Assembly (NCBI GenBank): GCA_963663225.1
Contig: OY760142.1
Span: 2,368,001-2,432,000, forward strand
Source of the DNA: Nitrospirota bacterium
Lineage (GTDB): Bacteria; Nitrospirota; UBA9217
Length of the DNA: 64,000 nt
Direction of reading: 5' to 3'
Positions 1 to 10,500 of this stretch are shown here, piece after piece. A program made the translations under genes and the position numbers. Numbering within the stretch: the stretch's first letter is position 1; every line of letters starts with the position of its first letter. Under the pieces are notes generated by a model. That model searched no databases and was not told where the DNA came from. It saw nothing but the letters and a program-made list of their open reading frames with translations.

Positions 1-2
1 CC

Positions 3-197
3 ACAACGTCCGATGATGGCGGATTGCTGTTAAATGCTGTTGGGTGGAAAGATTCTTTTGCAAATATGGGCAGTCGCGGCTTCATCAGGAAAAGATTGCG
101 CTCCGTGGGAAGGCTTATCAGTGTGGTTGCTTCGCCCATAGAACGAATCAATGGTTTGGGCAGCGCTTATACCGCGGTATTTCAAAAAGAGAGGTAA
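3..197 (+). CDS. 3' end of a gene running in from the left edge (possibly a SAM-dependent methyltransferase of the glycan cluster)
   Basis: Open frame from position 3 to TAA at 195-197 (...GLGSAYTAVFQKER*), same strand as the cluster. The function is a guess from the C-terminal pattern only. Confidence 0.4.
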   Translation, partial: TTSDDGGLLLNAVGWKDSFANMGSRGFIRKRLRSVGRLISVVASPIERINGLGSAYTAVFQKER

Positions 198-266
198 AAG
201 CGATCAGGGAGTAAAATTAACAATTCTAAATCGCGCTATGAGTTGGCTTGACCGTTCTGGAAATCA

Positions 267-1202
267 ATGAAACCAAATATTAGCATCTGCATGCCGAATT
301 ATAATTTTGCTCAATACGTTGCTGAGGCGGTAGAGTCAGTGCTTAAACAAAGTTATACTGATTTTGAATTCATCATCATTGACAATTGTTCAACCGATAA
401 TTCCGCAGATATCATTCGACAATACGCTGAAAAAGATGCAAGAATCCGGTTTTGTATTAATGACCGAAATATCGGAATGGTTAACAATTTAAATTTGTGT
501 TTACAACGCGCCGACGGAAATTATATTAAGTATCTTTTAAGTGACGACCTGCTGGCCTCGCCGCGAGCATTGGAAAAAATGGTTGCGGTCCTAGAGGCGG
601 ATAAAGAGATAGCGCTTGTCGCGACTGCGAGAAATATGATTAACGACCGCTCTGACATTAGACAAGTCTTGTCAGAGTATAGAGGAAATGATCGCTATGT
701 CGGCACGGATATCATTCAGGATTGTCTGCTGGAACAAAAGAATAAAATCGGAGAACCTTCCGTTGTAATGTTCAGAAAGAAAGATGCAATGCGCGGCTTT
801 GATGGACGGTACCGTCAGGCCGTTGACCTTGAAATGTGGTTTTATCTTTTAGAACAGGGGAACTTTGCTTACATAGATGAACCGTTGTGTTCATTCAGAA
901 GTCATCCAAATCAGCAGACCCGGACAAACATTGCACAGGGTGTTCTCTCTGACGAGGCGTTTCAACTACTTGAAGATTACGCAAACAAACCCTATGTTAA
1001 TTTATCCCGCATAAAAAGAGAGTATATGCTTTATGTCCCCGCTTATTCTGTATGGAAACAATACAAAAAGAAGCAAATTACGCTGCACAACGCTTTTCTA
1101 AAAATTAAAAGACATTATAATTTTTTTAAATTTATTATGTTCTACCCAGTATTCAAAATAGTTAAATTTTTCAAAAGTACAATGCAGCCGCGGAAGAGAT
1201 AA
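267..1202 (+). CDS. Family 2 glycosyltransferase
   Basis: ISICMPNYN, IIIDNCSTD and LLSDD (DxD-like) GT-A motifs; GEPSVVMFR and DLEMW. Confidence 0.9.
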   Translation: MKPNISICMPNYNFAQYVAEAVESVLKQSYTDFEFIIIDNCSTDNSADIIRQYAEKDARIRFCINDRNIGMVNNLNLCLQRADGNYIKYLLSDDLLASPRALEKMVAVLEADKEIALVATARNMINDRSDIRQVLSEYRGNDRYVGTDIIQDCLLEQKNKIGEPSVVMFRKKDAMRGFDGRYRQAVDLEMWFYLLEQGNFAYIDEPLCSFRSHPNQQTRTNIAQGVLSDEAFQLLEDYANKPYVNLSRIKREYMLYVPAYSVWKQYKKKQITLHNAFLKIKRHYNFFKFIMFYPVFKIVKFFKSTMQPRKR

Positions 1203-1372
1203 AAGATAATTTTAGCAGTACTGCTACTGTGAGAGGCTGATGATTATCTTGCCTAATAACGATTGCTAATGCTTAAAAAATCATTGTCCTCTGGTTAAAA
1301 TGCGTAATGAATTTACCGGAGACTTCGACATGAATTTCTCGAGATACTGGCAATTCCTGGTATAAATTTACT

Positions 1373-2344
1373 ATGACAAGAAATAACATTGATCTTTCTA
1401 TTATTATCATTAATTGGAATACGAAACAGCTTTTACTGAATTGCATCACATCTATTTACAGCACAGTACACCATCTCTCCTATGAAATTTTTGTGGTGGA
1501 TAATGGGAGTGCAGACGGGAGCCTTGAGGCTGTATCTGAACGCTACCCTCGCGTCAAACTTATTGCCAGCAAAATAAACCTTGGTTTCGCGAAGGCAAAC
1601 AACCTTGCCATAAGAAAAATGTCGGGCAAGTATGCGGTTCTTCTGAATAGCGATACGATACTGAAGCAAGCCTCTCTGGAACAGGCGTTTGATTTTCTGG
1701 AACACCATCCTCGCGTGGGAATGTGCGGCTTGCAGCTTCTGAACGAAGATGGATCAAAACAGAACTCCACCGGCAATTTCCCGACACTATTGACAGAATT
1801 TGCGAGTAAAAAACTCATTCATGTCTTTTTTCCTGAAAAATACAGCCAAGTATTCACACAGAAAAAAAAAGATGTCAGTGGATTTGTACCCGTTGATTTC
1901 ATTGTCGGAGCATGCATGATGGCGAGAAAGGCCGCCATCAATGAAGTCGGCATGCTTGATGAAGATTATTTTTTTCTCTATGAGGAAGTAGACTGGTGCT
2001 TTAGAATGAAAAAGTCGGGGTGGCTCGTATGTTATCTTCCCGAGGTCGAAATATACCATCTCGGTGGACAGAGTATGAAAAATATCAATTTGCGGGCAAG
2101 AGTTGAGTCCTGGCGGTCTCGATATCTTTTTTTTGAAAAAAGTTGCGAACTTTCCATTCCGGCACGGTACGGGCTCCTGTTTCTGGGGGTTCTCCAAAAC
2201 GCGTATCAATTTTTACTCTATATCCTCTTAAACGTCGTAACACTCTTTGCATTCAAACGGTTGAGGAAACGTTTGGTCATGTTTGCCTATCTTCTTTTTT
2301 GGCACGTGCGGGGCAGGCCGATTTCTATGGGAATACCGAGATAA
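1373..2344 (+). CDS. Family 2 glycosyltransferase (WbbL/GT2-like)
   Basis: SIIIINWN, VVDNGSAD, NLGFAKANN, LLNSD, GACMM, FFLYEEVDWC, YHLGG. Confidence 0.9.
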   Translation: MTRNNIDLSIIIINWNTKQLLLNCITSIYSTVHHLSYEIFVVDNGSADGSLEAVSERYPRVKLIASKINLGFAKANNLAIRKMSGKYAVLLNSDTILKQASLEQAFDFLEHHPRVGMCGLQLLNEDGSKQNSTGNFPTLLTEFASKKLIHVFFPEKYSQVFTQKKKDVSGFVPVDFIVGACMMARKAAINEVGMLDEDYFFLYEEVDWCFRMKKSGWLVCYLPEVEIYHLGGQSMKNINLRARVESWRSRYLFFEKSCELSIPARYGLLFLGVLQNAYQFLLYILLNVVTLFAFKRLRKRLVMFAYLLFWHVRGRPISMGIPR

Positions 2345-2492
2345 AATATAAGCATTTCTCGAAAAGTTAGAGCTATAAAAAAATTTCGTATTTTGCTTCC
2401 AGTAGTATATTTTACGAAAAAACAGAGATACGCGTTAAAGGTGGTAACACAAGGTGGTAAAGATCATAAATTTGAGTCCTTGCAAAAAAAAT

Positions 2493-4493
2493 ATGAACAA
2501 CTGGCTTTACTATATGCTGTTTATTCTTCTCGCAGTAGTAGCCATATTTGATTTTGTGGCTTGGAAGCCGGCTTTCTTTTATCCGTCAACGCCGGAAGAG
2601 TTGCATTTAGTTCGAATTGACACCTCTACAGCCTTCGCTTTGTCGTACTGGTTTCAGCACGACGTGCAATTCGGCAAGGACATCATTTTCGCCTACGGCC
2701 CTCTTGGTTTTATAAAATACGCAAAATATCATCCTACATCTTACCATTGGATGATAGCCGGACAGGTATTTCTTTATCTTGCATTTATAACCGGCGCCTG
2801 GTCACTCATCCGAAATGCCAGGGACAGTCGTTTTGTTGTTTTAATGGGGACTTTTTTATGCAGCCTCCTGTTTGTTTTTCAACTTGGCGCTTTTCTTCCG
2901 TCAGTAAACATGAAATATCTGACAGACGCCTTCCTCCAGTCATTTCTTGTGCTCCTCGTGGTTAACTATTATTTCGTTGATGCAGATACCGTCTCTATTA
3001 CCACTATGCTGCTTGCAGTAGCATCCGCATTGATTGCGCTTATCAAGGTCAGCCTGCTGTTTCTGGCGGTTGTTTGTATTTTTTTTATAACCATCACAGA
3101 TATCTTTGACAAAAAAAAGTTTCCGATCATTGCGACCATTTTTTTAGTATCATTTCTCGCTTTGTGGTATGCCGCAGGTCAGCAGCTGCTCAACATTCCC
3201 GATTATTTTCTATCTTCACTGCAGTTGATGAGCGGCTACACCGAAGCCATGTCATACGGCGCACCCGTACGTGCGAATTTGCTCTGTGAGATTCTCTTGT
3301 ATATCCTTCTCGCTTGCGTTCTCCTGACCCTCTTGTGTTTAAAATTACAGCCGTATCGTATACCGTTTAATTTATTGCCTTTCACGCTATTTGCCGCTTT
3401 TATTTTTTTGATATTTAAACACTCCTTTGTTCGCCACGACGGTCATGCGCTCGAAGCATTTTACATGCTATTTTTTTTCCTCTACATTATTTTGGCCCTT
3501 TGGAACGATTTCTTTAAAAACAATCTTCCGAAAATACTTTTTCGCGCATATCTCGGTGTGTTCATAATTTTTACCATTTTTATCTTAATACACTATATTG
3601 GCCCATCCAGAAATAGAATTCCAACGCTTGCCCAAATGAAGCAGTCTGCTGCGATACCTTATAATGTTATGGATGTTGTACATCTGGTAAAGAAGGGGAC
3701 GCAGACTTACACGGAATCGTTGTATGCAGAAAAAGAAGCTATCCGACTGGTATCCGGTCTCCCGTCGATAAATGGGACGGTAGATTTGTATCCGGACAAC
3801 ATTGCCATTGTTACGGCGCTCGAATTACAATATAAGCCACGCCCTGTTGCCATAAGTCATGGCGCTTATTCGTCTTTTTTAGCATTAAAGGACGCTGAAT
3901 ATCTCAGAGGCAGCAGTGCACCGGAAAAAATATTATTTAAAGTAGAGACGATTGACCATAGATATCCTTCAATCGATGATGGTATTTCATGGCGGGAACT
4001 CTGGACACGTTATGCATTTGAGCGGAATGCAGGTGATTATTTGCTGCTTAGTCGTATGAATGTTCCAAAGAAGTATGCTGTCAAAAAAATAGGTCATTTT
4101 GATATACCTTTCGGCCGCTGGATCGATTTAACCGACTCGGGAAACGCCTTGATATGGGCAGAGATAGACATGAAACAGACCACCGCGGGAAAATTGATAA
4201 ATTTTATCTACAAATTACCAGAGGTTAAGATTACGGTTAAGCTTAAAAACAGTATTGTCAAAGAATATAGAATAATTCCCGGGATGCTTTCGTCCGGTTT
4301 TCTTCTTTCTCCACTTGTTGAAGAAAATCGACAATTTAAAGATATCATGAGTAATAAACAAAAAAATATAATTGCGGATGCGGAAGTGCAGGCAGTTATG
4401 TTCAGCGTTGATAACTGGTGGTTTACACAATCATCGAACAGTATATTTTATGCAAACAATTTTCAAATGAGAATTTACCGATTGAACTGGTAA
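2493..4493 (+). CDS. Large polytopic membrane protein, putative GT-C-type (lipid-phosphate-sugar dependent) glycosyltransferase
   Basis: About 11-13 hydrophobic segments; first external loop carries D...FGKDIIFAYGPLG; soluble C-terminal domain. ATG at 2493 preferred over GTG at 2454. The GT-C call is inference. Confidence 0.55.
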   Translation: MNNWLYYMLFILLAVVAIFDFVAWKPAFFYPSTPEELHLVRIDTSTAFALSYWFQHDVQFGKDIIFAYGPLGFIKYAKYHPTSYHWMIAGQVFLYLAFITGAWSLIRNARDSRFVVLMGTFLCSLLFVFQLGAFLPSVNMKYLTDAFLQSFLVLLVVNYYFVDADTVSITTMLLAVASALIALIKVSLLFLAVVCIFFITITDIFDKKKFPIIATIFLVSFLALWYAAGQQLLNIPDYFLSSLQLMSGYTEAMSYGAPVRANLLCEILLYILLACVLLTLLCLKLQPYRIPFNLLPFTLFAAFIFLIFKHSFVRHDGHALEAFYMLFFFLYIILALWNDFFKNNLPKILFRAYLGVFIIFTIFILIHYIGPSRNRIPTLAQMKQSAAIPYNVMDVVHLVKKGTQTYTESLYAEKEAIRLVSGLPSINGTVDLYPDNIAIVTALELQYKPRPVAISHGAYSSFLALKDAEYLRGSSAPEKILFKVETIDHRYPSIDDGISWRELWTRYAFERNAGDYLLLSRMNVPKKYAVKKIGHFDIPFGRWIDLTDSGNALIWAEIDMKQTTAGKLINFIYKLPEVKITVKLKNSIVKEYRIIPGMLSSGFLLSPLVEENRQFKDIMSNKQKNIIADAEVQAVMFSVDNWWFTQSSNSIFYANNFQMRIYRLNW

Positions 4494-4544
4494 TATTCAT
4501 AAAAACAGGAGGATATGGCTGCGAAGACAGCGCCATGCTTTTGA

Positions 4545-5132
4545 ATGATAGCTAAAGATAATGATGTAATACATAAAAGAATCCAGGAATCTATTGAAAA
4601 TTTTTCAAAACTTCTGAAAGATGAGCAGTGCCTCCAGGCGATTTCAGAAGCCGCGCAATCGATTGTTCAAGCCATAAAAAAAAGTAATAAGCTTCTCATC
4701 TGCGGCAATGGAGGTAGTGCTGCCGACGCACAACATATCGCAGGGGAATTTCTCTGCCGTTTTTATAAAGACAGAGCCCCAATGTCTGCGATTGCATTAT
4801 CTACCGATACATCGGTTTTGACGTCCATATCAAACGATTATTCTTATGAGGAGGTTTTTAGCAGGCAGATTATTGGATTGGGTAAACACGGCGATATCCT
4901 TCTCGGAATAAGCACAAGCGGGACTTCATCGAACGTTCTTCAGGCTTTTCGTACTGCAAAGAAAAACGGCTTGAAAACGATTCTCCTTACTGGCAACAGG
5001 AAAAATGATGTTAGTAAAATCTGTGATATTGTGATTACAACGCCTTCGTCAGATACACCCCGTATCCAGGAAATGCACTTGCTCATCGAGCATATTCTTT
5101 GTGAAATAACCGAGGCAGAAGCAATTGACTAA
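4545..5132 (+). CDS. gmhA: Phosphoheptose isomerase
   Basis: CGNGGSAADAQH, NDYSYEEVFSRQ, STSGTS, TPRIQEMH. Confidence 0.95.
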   Translation: MIAKDNDVIHKRIQESIENFSKLLKDEQCLQAISEAAQSIVQAIKKSNKLLICGNGGSAADAQHIAGEFLCRFYKDRAPMSAIALSTDTSVLTSISNDYSYEEVFSRQIIGLGKHGDILLGISTSGTSSNVLQAFRTAKKNGLKTILLTGNRKNDVSKICDIVITTPSSDTPRIQEMHLLIEHILCEITEAEAID

Positions 5133-5676
5133 AAAGGCTGTATTCATAGATCGTGATGGCACGATTAATGTCGAAAAAGGATATGTTCATAAAGTAGAAG
5201 ATTTTGAGCTTATCCCTGGCGCAGAAGAAGCGCTCCAACTCCTGACAAAAGCCGGAATAAAGATCTATATTGTTACAAATCAGGCTGGCATTGCAAAAGG
5301 ATTATTCACTGAAGCTGATTTTCATCGCCTGACGGATTATATGCTTGATTGCTTCAGCAAAAACAGTATCAAAATTGAACGCGTTCTTTATTGTCCGCAT
5401 CATCCGGAGGGCATTATACCGCAGTATGCGATTCGTTGTCAGTGCAGGAAGCCCAAAACCTTTTTATTGAGAAATATTATTGGCGAGCAGCATTATGAAG
5501 TCGATGAACTCGCTTTGGTTGGTGATAAAAAAAGCGATATCGAAGCGGGGACGGCATTAGGATTGGACACTTATCTGGTGTTGACAGGATATGGCAAGGA
5601 GCAACGTTCATTAGTAAATCCTACATTTGTCATCCCGGATATTTACCATGCTGCAGTACATATTATAAGCCGTTAA
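5125..5676 (+). CDS. gmhB: D-glycero-D-manno-heptose 1,7-bisphosphate phosphatase
   Basis: HAD motif FIDRDGTIN, VTNQAG, Zn motif CPHHP...CQCRKP, VGD. Confidence 0.93.
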   Translation: MTKKAVFIDRDGTINVEKGYVHKVEDFELIPGAEEALQLLTKAGIKIYIVTNQAGIAKGLFTEADFHRLTDYMLDCFSKNSIKIERVLYCPHHPEGIIPQYAIRCQCRKPKTFLLRNIIGEQHYEVDELALVGDKKSDIEAGTALGLDTYLVLTGYGKEQRSLVNPTFVIPDIYHAAVHIISR

Positions 5677-5687
5677 TAGGGGATCAC

Positions 5688-6398
5688 TTGGACGCAATCA
5701 TTTTAGCTGGAGGATTTGGAACCAGACTGCAAAGCCTTGTAAAGGATGTTCCAAAACCCATGGCGGACATTCAGGGGAAGCCATTTTTGGCGTATCTGGT
5801 CGACTTTTTGTCACGGCAAGGATTCAACAAAGTGTTACTCTCCGTGGGGTACAAACACGAAATCATTAAAAATTTTCTCAAAACACAGTATAATCATACA
5901 ACAATCGAGTATGTGACAGAGGACACCCCTCTGGGTACCGGTGGGGCCATACGGGAATCTCTAGGCCATATTCAAGGGAATGAAGCTGTCGTATTGAACG
6001 GAGATACTTTTTTTGATATCGACCTCAACGCCATGTACAGCTTTCATCAGAAACAGAACACTAGCCTGTCTATCGCTGTTAAACCCATGCATGATTTTGA
6101 CAGATACGGAACAATTGTTTTAGAAAAAGACAGAATTGTAACGTTCGAAGAAAAAGCATATAAAAAATTCGGTTATATCAACGGTGGAATCTATATCATG
6201 AACAAGTCAATTTTAAACTTTCTTGAGCAATACAGCGGCCAGTTTTCCTTTGAAGCTGACTTTTTGGCTAAAATAGTATATACTTTTACGCCGTCTGCGT
6301 TTATCAGTGAAGGATATTTTGTCGATATTGGAATCCCTGAAGATTATAAAAAAGCCCAGATTGATCTGGTCCGGATTGGACGGGAAAGGATAGTATAA
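5688..6398 (+). CDS. hddC: D-glycero-alpha-D-manno-heptose 1-phosphate guanylyltransferase
   Basis: ILAGGFGTRL...PKPM, LGTGGAI, NGDT, INGGIY, FVDIGIPEDY; lies with gmhA/gmhB/hddA. Confidence 0.85.
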   Translation: MDAIILAGGFGTRLQSLVKDVPKPMADIQGKPFLAYLVDFLSRQGFNKVLLSVGYKHEIIKNFLKTQYNHTTIEYVTEDTPLGTGGAIRESLGHIQGNEAVVLNGDTFFDIDLNAMYSFHQKQNTSLSIAVKPMHDFDRYGTIVLEKDRIVTFEEKAYKKFGYINGGIYIMNKSILNFLEQYSGQFSFEADFLAKIVYTFTPSAFISEGYFVDIGIPEDYKKAQIDLVRIGRERIV

Positions 6399-6399
6399 A

Positions 6400-7347
6400 A
6401 TGTTATTGTCTGTCGTTTTTTCATTCAGGAACGAAGAAAAAGTATTAGATGAATTGATCAGACGCGTCAAGGAGTCTGCAAAAAAAACCGGGTTAGACTC
6501 GGAAATTATTTTTGTAAACGATGATTCCACGGATAAATCTGCGGATATTATTCAAAAACATCAGACTATTGACTCCAGCATTAAACTGATTAATATGTCA
6601 AAACGATTTGGCGTCCATCCCTGCGTTATCGCAGGACTACGGCATGCCAAAGGTGATGCTATTGTTTATATGGACACGGATTTGCAGGATCCGCCTGAAG
6701 TAATACCGCAGCTGGTCGAAAAATGGAAAGCCGGTGCAGATGTGGTCAACACGGTGCGAACAAAGCGATTGGGAGAAAATCCTTTCAAGATGTGGCTGAC
6801 GAAAAAAGCCTATCAAGTAATCAACTTTGTGTCGGATATTAATTTGCCGCCTAATATGGGAGACTTCAAACTGCTTTCGCGGAGAGTTGTTGATGAGTTG
6901 CTTCAGATACAGGAGACAGACCCATTTATGCGGGGATTGGTGCGGTGGATTGGTTTTAAACAAGAGACAGTGTATTATGTGCGCGAAGCCAGATACGCTG
7001 GGAAGACGCATTTTTCGCTTTTTGGTTCTGGCCCTGTTAAAGAGTTCATACGTGGTATTGCGTCATTTTCCGCCGCCCCGTTATATGCAAGCGTAATCGT
7101 AGGCATCCTTGTTTCCTTTTGCTCTTTTGCCTTTATCATATATGTTCTCATCGTATGGCTTATGGGGCTGGCTGTTCCGGGATGGGCCGGTGTTATGATA
7201 GCAGTGCTTCTTCTGGGAGGAATGATCCTCTTTTCAAATGGTCTCAACGGAATTTATATTGGAAGAATTTATGAACAAGTTAAAAACAGGCCACTGTATA
7301 TAATAAAAAATAAAATCGGATTTGATGAGCCACAAAATAAGAGTTAA
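6400..7347 (+). CDS. GtrB/ArnC/DPM1-like GT2 (polyprenol-phosphate glycosyltransferase)
   Basis: NEE, VNDDSTD, MDTDLQDPP, GDFKLLSR, two C-terminal TM helices, YIGRIYEQVKNRPLYII. Confidence 0.88.
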   Translation: MLLSVVFSFRNEEKVLDELIRRVKESAKKTGLDSEIIFVNDDSTDKSADIIQKHQTIDSSIKLINMSKRFGVHPCVIAGLRHAKGDAIVYMDTDLQDPPEVIPQLVEKWKAGADVVNTVRTKRLGENPFKMWLTKKAYQVINFVSDINLPPNMGDFKLLSRRVVDELLQIQETDPFMRGLVRWIGFKQETVYYVREARYAGKTHFSLFGSGPVKEFIRGIASFSAAPLYASVIVGILVSFCSFAFIIYVLIVWLMGLAVPGWAGVMIAVLLLGGMILFSNGLNGIYIGRIYEQVKNRPLYIIKNKIGFDEPQNKS

Positions 7348-7375
7348 TTAATGAATAGATGGAAATGGAAAAACT

Positions 7376-8386
7376 ATGATTATATCAAGAACACCGCATA
7401 GAATATCATTTTTTGGTGGCGGAACAGATTACGCTTCATGGTATCTTGAACATGGAGGTATGGTGCTGGGAGCCGCGATCGACAAATATTGTTATCTTAC
7501 CTGCAGAGAATTGCCGCCATTTTTTAAGCATCGTCACCGCATTGCTTATTCAAAAGTTGAGACGGTTTGTGATGCAGACGAAATTCTTCATCCCTCAGTC
7601 AGAGAAACATTGAAATACCTGAATATACAGCAAGGTTTGGAGATTCATCATGATGGTGACATCCCCGCCAGATCAGGCATGGGCTCAAGTTCTGCCTTTA
7701 CCGTTGGTTTGCTTAAAACCTTGTATGCTTTCAACGGCAAGCTGATTACCAAGGAGGACTTATACAAGCAGGCCATCCACATCGAGCAAAATCTTATCAA
7801 AGAAAATGTAGGATCGCAGGATCAGGTTTGGGCCGCATGCGGAGGATTAAATACCATTGAGTTTTTACAGAATGGTGAAATTATAGTTGAACCAATCATC
7901 ATGAAAGAAAAGCTGCTGAACAACTTTGAAGGAAAGTTTATGCTTTTCTTTACCGGTCTCTCACGACATGCTCATGAAATTGCCGGCGAACAGATTCAAA
8001 ATACCAAGAAAAATACGCAGCAGCTTTCAGCCATGAGAAGCCTGGTTGATGATGCCTATAAAATCCTTACATCCGGGAAAGACGATTTTAAGGATTTTGG
8101 AAAGCTGCTGCACGAAACATGGTTGTTGAAAAGAAAATTATCCAGCAAGATTACAAACAGTTTTATAGACGATTTATATGATAAGGCTTTAAAGCATGGA
8201 GCAATAGGCGGTAAATTGCTGGGAGCAGGGGGCGGCGGCTTTATTGTTTTCTATGTGGAGCCTGAAAAACAGGAACGAGTAAAAAACGCCCTGAGTGATT
8301 ATTTGCACGTGCCATTTCATTTTGATTTCACCGGCTCTGAAATTATTGTTTATAAACCAACATACAACTATAACAACGGGAGATAG
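7376..8386 (+). CDS. hddA: D-glycero-alpha-D-manno-heptose 7-phosphate kinase (GHMP family)
   Basis: RISFFGGGTD, PARSGMGSSS, GSQDQ, GGKLLGAGGGG. Confidence 0.88.
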   Translation: MIISRTPHRISFFGGGTDYASWYLEHGGMVLGAAIDKYCYLTCRELPPFFKHRHRIAYSKVETVCDADEILHPSVRETLKYLNIQQGLEIHHDGDIPARSGMGSSSAFTVGLLKTLYAFNGKLITKEDLYKQAIHIEQNLIKENVGSQDQVWAACGGLNTIEFLQNGEIIVEPIIMKEKLLNNFEGKFMLFFTGLSRHAHEIAGEQIQNTKKNTQQLSAMRSLVDDAYKILTSGKDDFKDFGKLLHETWLLKRKLSSKITNSFIDDLYDKALKHGAIGGKLLGAGGGGFIVFYVEPEKQERVKNALSDYLHVPFHFDFTGSEIIVYKPTYNYNNGR

Positions 8387-8387
8387 T

Positions 8388-9548
8388 ATGAAGTTTGAAT
8401 TGGCAAGCTCTACCTGGGACGAGGAAGAAAAGAGTGCGATACTGGATGTTGTGAACAGCAATATGTTCACCATGGGCCAAAAGGTCAAGGAATTTGAAGA
8501 CAGATTCGCACGTTATTTCGGAATGAAATATGCTGTTATGGCCAATTCAGGGTCATCAGCAAATCTGATCGCTCTTGCATCGCTTTTCTATCGAAAGGAT
8601 AATCCGCTTAAGCGCGGAGATGAGGTTATTGTTCCTTGTATTTCTTGGTCGACTACATTTCACCCTCTTCAGCAATACGGACTTAAACTCAAGTTTGTTG
8701 ATGTTGATCTGCATACCTTAAATATCGATATTCAGGAACTGAAAAAGGCGATTACTGACAAAACAAAGATGATTGTTGCAGTAAGTATTTTAGGCAATCC
8801 CTGTCAGTTCGATGAAATTACAAATTTGTGTCGGGAAAAAAATATTATCCTTTTTGAGGATAATTGCGAATCCATGGGCGCACGCTTTAATAATAAATTC
8901 ACCGGGACATTTGGCCTGGTGAATACGTTCAGCACATTTTTTTCTCACCATATTTCGACAATGGAAGGTGGTCTCGTTCTGACTGATGATAAGGAATTAT
9001 TCAATCTTCTAAAATCGATCAGAAATCACGGCTGGACCCGGGGCCAGGATGCAGACAGCCCTATTTTTGAGCGCAGAGATGACGACTTCTTCGAAGCCTA
9101 TCGATTTATACTTCCGGGTTATAATGTACGGCCTGGTGAGATGCACGGCGCCATTGGTTGTAAACAGCTTGATAAATTGACCGGATTTATCAAGACGAGA
9201 AGAAAAAACGCAAAATACTTTCTCAACCTTTTTAAGCAAGACGAACGGTTCATTATTCAAAAAGAAGTAGGTGAAAGCTCCTGGTTTTCTTTTACCATGA
9301 TTATTAATCCTGGTTTGAAAATTGACAGAAAAAAAGTCCTTCAGCGATTAAAAGAAGCGGAAATCGAGCATCGTATTATTACCGGTGGGAACATACTAAG
9401 GCACGATGTAATTAAATATTACGATTATACCGTGACGAAATCCACCAATGCGGACATTGCCCACTATAATGGTTTTTTTGTCGGTAATTTCCCGTACGAT
9501 ATTAGAGAAAAAATTGATTACCTGCATAAGACATTAAAGGGAATATAA
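8388..9548 (+). CDS. ColD-like PLP-dependent NDP-4-keto-sugar 3-dehydratase (DegT/DnrJ/EryC1 family)
   Basis: NSGSSANL, EDNCES and FSTFFSHHISTMEGG: His sits where aminotransferases have the Schiff-base Lys, as in ColD. ATG at 8388. Confidence 0.85.
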   Translation: MKFELASSTWDEEEKSAILDVVNSNMFTMGQKVKEFEDRFARYFGMKYAVMANSGSSANLIALASLFYRKDNPLKRGDEVIVPCISWSTTFHPLQQYGLKLKFVDVDLHTLNIDIQELKKAITDKTKMIVAVSILGNPCQFDEITNLCREKNIILFEDNCESMGARFNNKFTGTFGLVNTFSTFFSHHISTMEGGLVLTDDKELFNLLKSIRNHGWTRGQDADSPIFERRDDDFFEAYRFILPGYNVRPGEMHGAIGCKQLDKLTGFIKTRRKNAKYFLNLFKQDERFIIQKEVGESSWFSFTMIINPGLKIDRKKVLQRLKEAEIEHRIITGGNILRHDVIKYYDYTVTKSTNADIAHYNGFFVGNFPYDIREKIDYLHKTLKGI

Positions 9549-9561
9549 AGGAGATACAAAA

Positions 9562-10500
9562 ATGGTTTTTAATATACTGGTTACCGGTGGCGCCGGATAT
9601 CTTGGATCGATTCTCGTTCCCGAGTTACTTAAGAATGGACACACAGTAACGGTTTTAGACACGTTTATGTTTGGACAGAATTCACTCCTTGAATGCTGTA
9701 CAAACATAAATTTTGACGTTATGCGGGGTGACGCGCGGGATGAAGAATTGTTAAAATCACTCCTCTGGAATAAAGACTTTATAATTCCCTTGGCAGCTTT
9801 GGTTGGCGCGCCACTATGTGCAAGAGATAAAATAGGGACAATTACAACAAATAAGGACGCAATAGCTTCCTTGGTCAAGCTTGCCTCGAAGGAACAAAGA
9901 ATACTCATGCCGGTAACCAACAGCGGCTATGGTATTGGTCAGAAAGGTGTATACTGTACTGAAGAAACACCCCTCAATCCGATATCCCTCTATGGGAAAA
10001 CGAAGGTCGAAGCAGAAAAAATTATACTCGACAGAGGCAACGCCATAAGCTTCCGGCTTGCTACCGTTTTTGGGATGGCACCGCGTATGAGAATGGACCT
10101 GCTCGTCAATGATTTCACCTATCGGGCGGTTAAGGATCGCTTTGTCGTTGTTTTTGAAGGTCACTTCAAACGAAACTACATCCATACTCGTGATGTATCC
10201 AGAGCTTTTCTCCATGCCATCGATAATTTTGACCGCATGAAAAATGAACCGTATAATGTTGGATTATCAAATGCAAATGTTTCGAAATTAGAACTGTGCG
10301 CCAAGATCAAAGAACAAGTTCAGGATTTCGTGTATTTGGAAGCTCCTATCGGTGAAGACCCGGATAAAAGAGATTACATCGTATCCAATGAAAAAATTGA
10401 AAAAACCGGATTTCAGCCACAGCATTCTCTTGAAATGGGAATTAAGGAACTCATAAAAGGCTATCGGATTCTTACAAACAGCAAATACAGCAATGTTTAA
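9562..10500 (+). CDS. Extended SDR, Cj1427-like GDP-D-glycero-alpha-D-manno-heptose C4 dehydrogenase
   Basis: TGGAGYLG, IIPLAALVGAPLC, TNSGYG, YGKTK, RLATVFG..PRMR.DLLVNDFTYRA, GEDPDKRDY; these match my recollection of the C. jejuni Cj1427 family. Confidence 0.8.
   Translation: MVFNILVTGGAGYLGSILVPELLKNGHTVTVLDTFMFGQNSLLECCTNINFDVMRGDARDEELLKSLLWNKDFIIPLAALVGAPLCARDKIGTITTNKDAIASLVKLASKEQRILMPVTNSGYGIGQKGVYCTEETPLNPISLYGKTKVEAEKIILDRGNAISFRLATVFGMAPRMRMDLLVNDFTYRAVKDRFVVVFEGHFKRNYIHTRDVSRAFLHAIDNFDRMKNEPYNVGLSNANVSKLELCAKIKEQVQDFVYLEAPIGEDPDKRDYIVSNEKIEKTGFQPQHSLEMGIKELIKGYRILTNSKYSNV

Noticed and set aside
1228-1260. Fluoride riboswitch (GCTGATGA)
   Set aside because: The 5' GGCGATGG-type element is missing and the gene context does not fit.
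1330-1365. 11-codon uORF (MNFSRYWQFLV) with GGAG before the second GT2
   Set aside because: Too short to distinguish from chance, and no attenuator structure is visible.
1862-1870. Poly-A and poly-T runs in glycan genes as phase-variation tracts
   Set aside because: Runs of 8-9 A or T are expected in AT-rich DNA, all frames are intact and there are no poly-G/C tracts.
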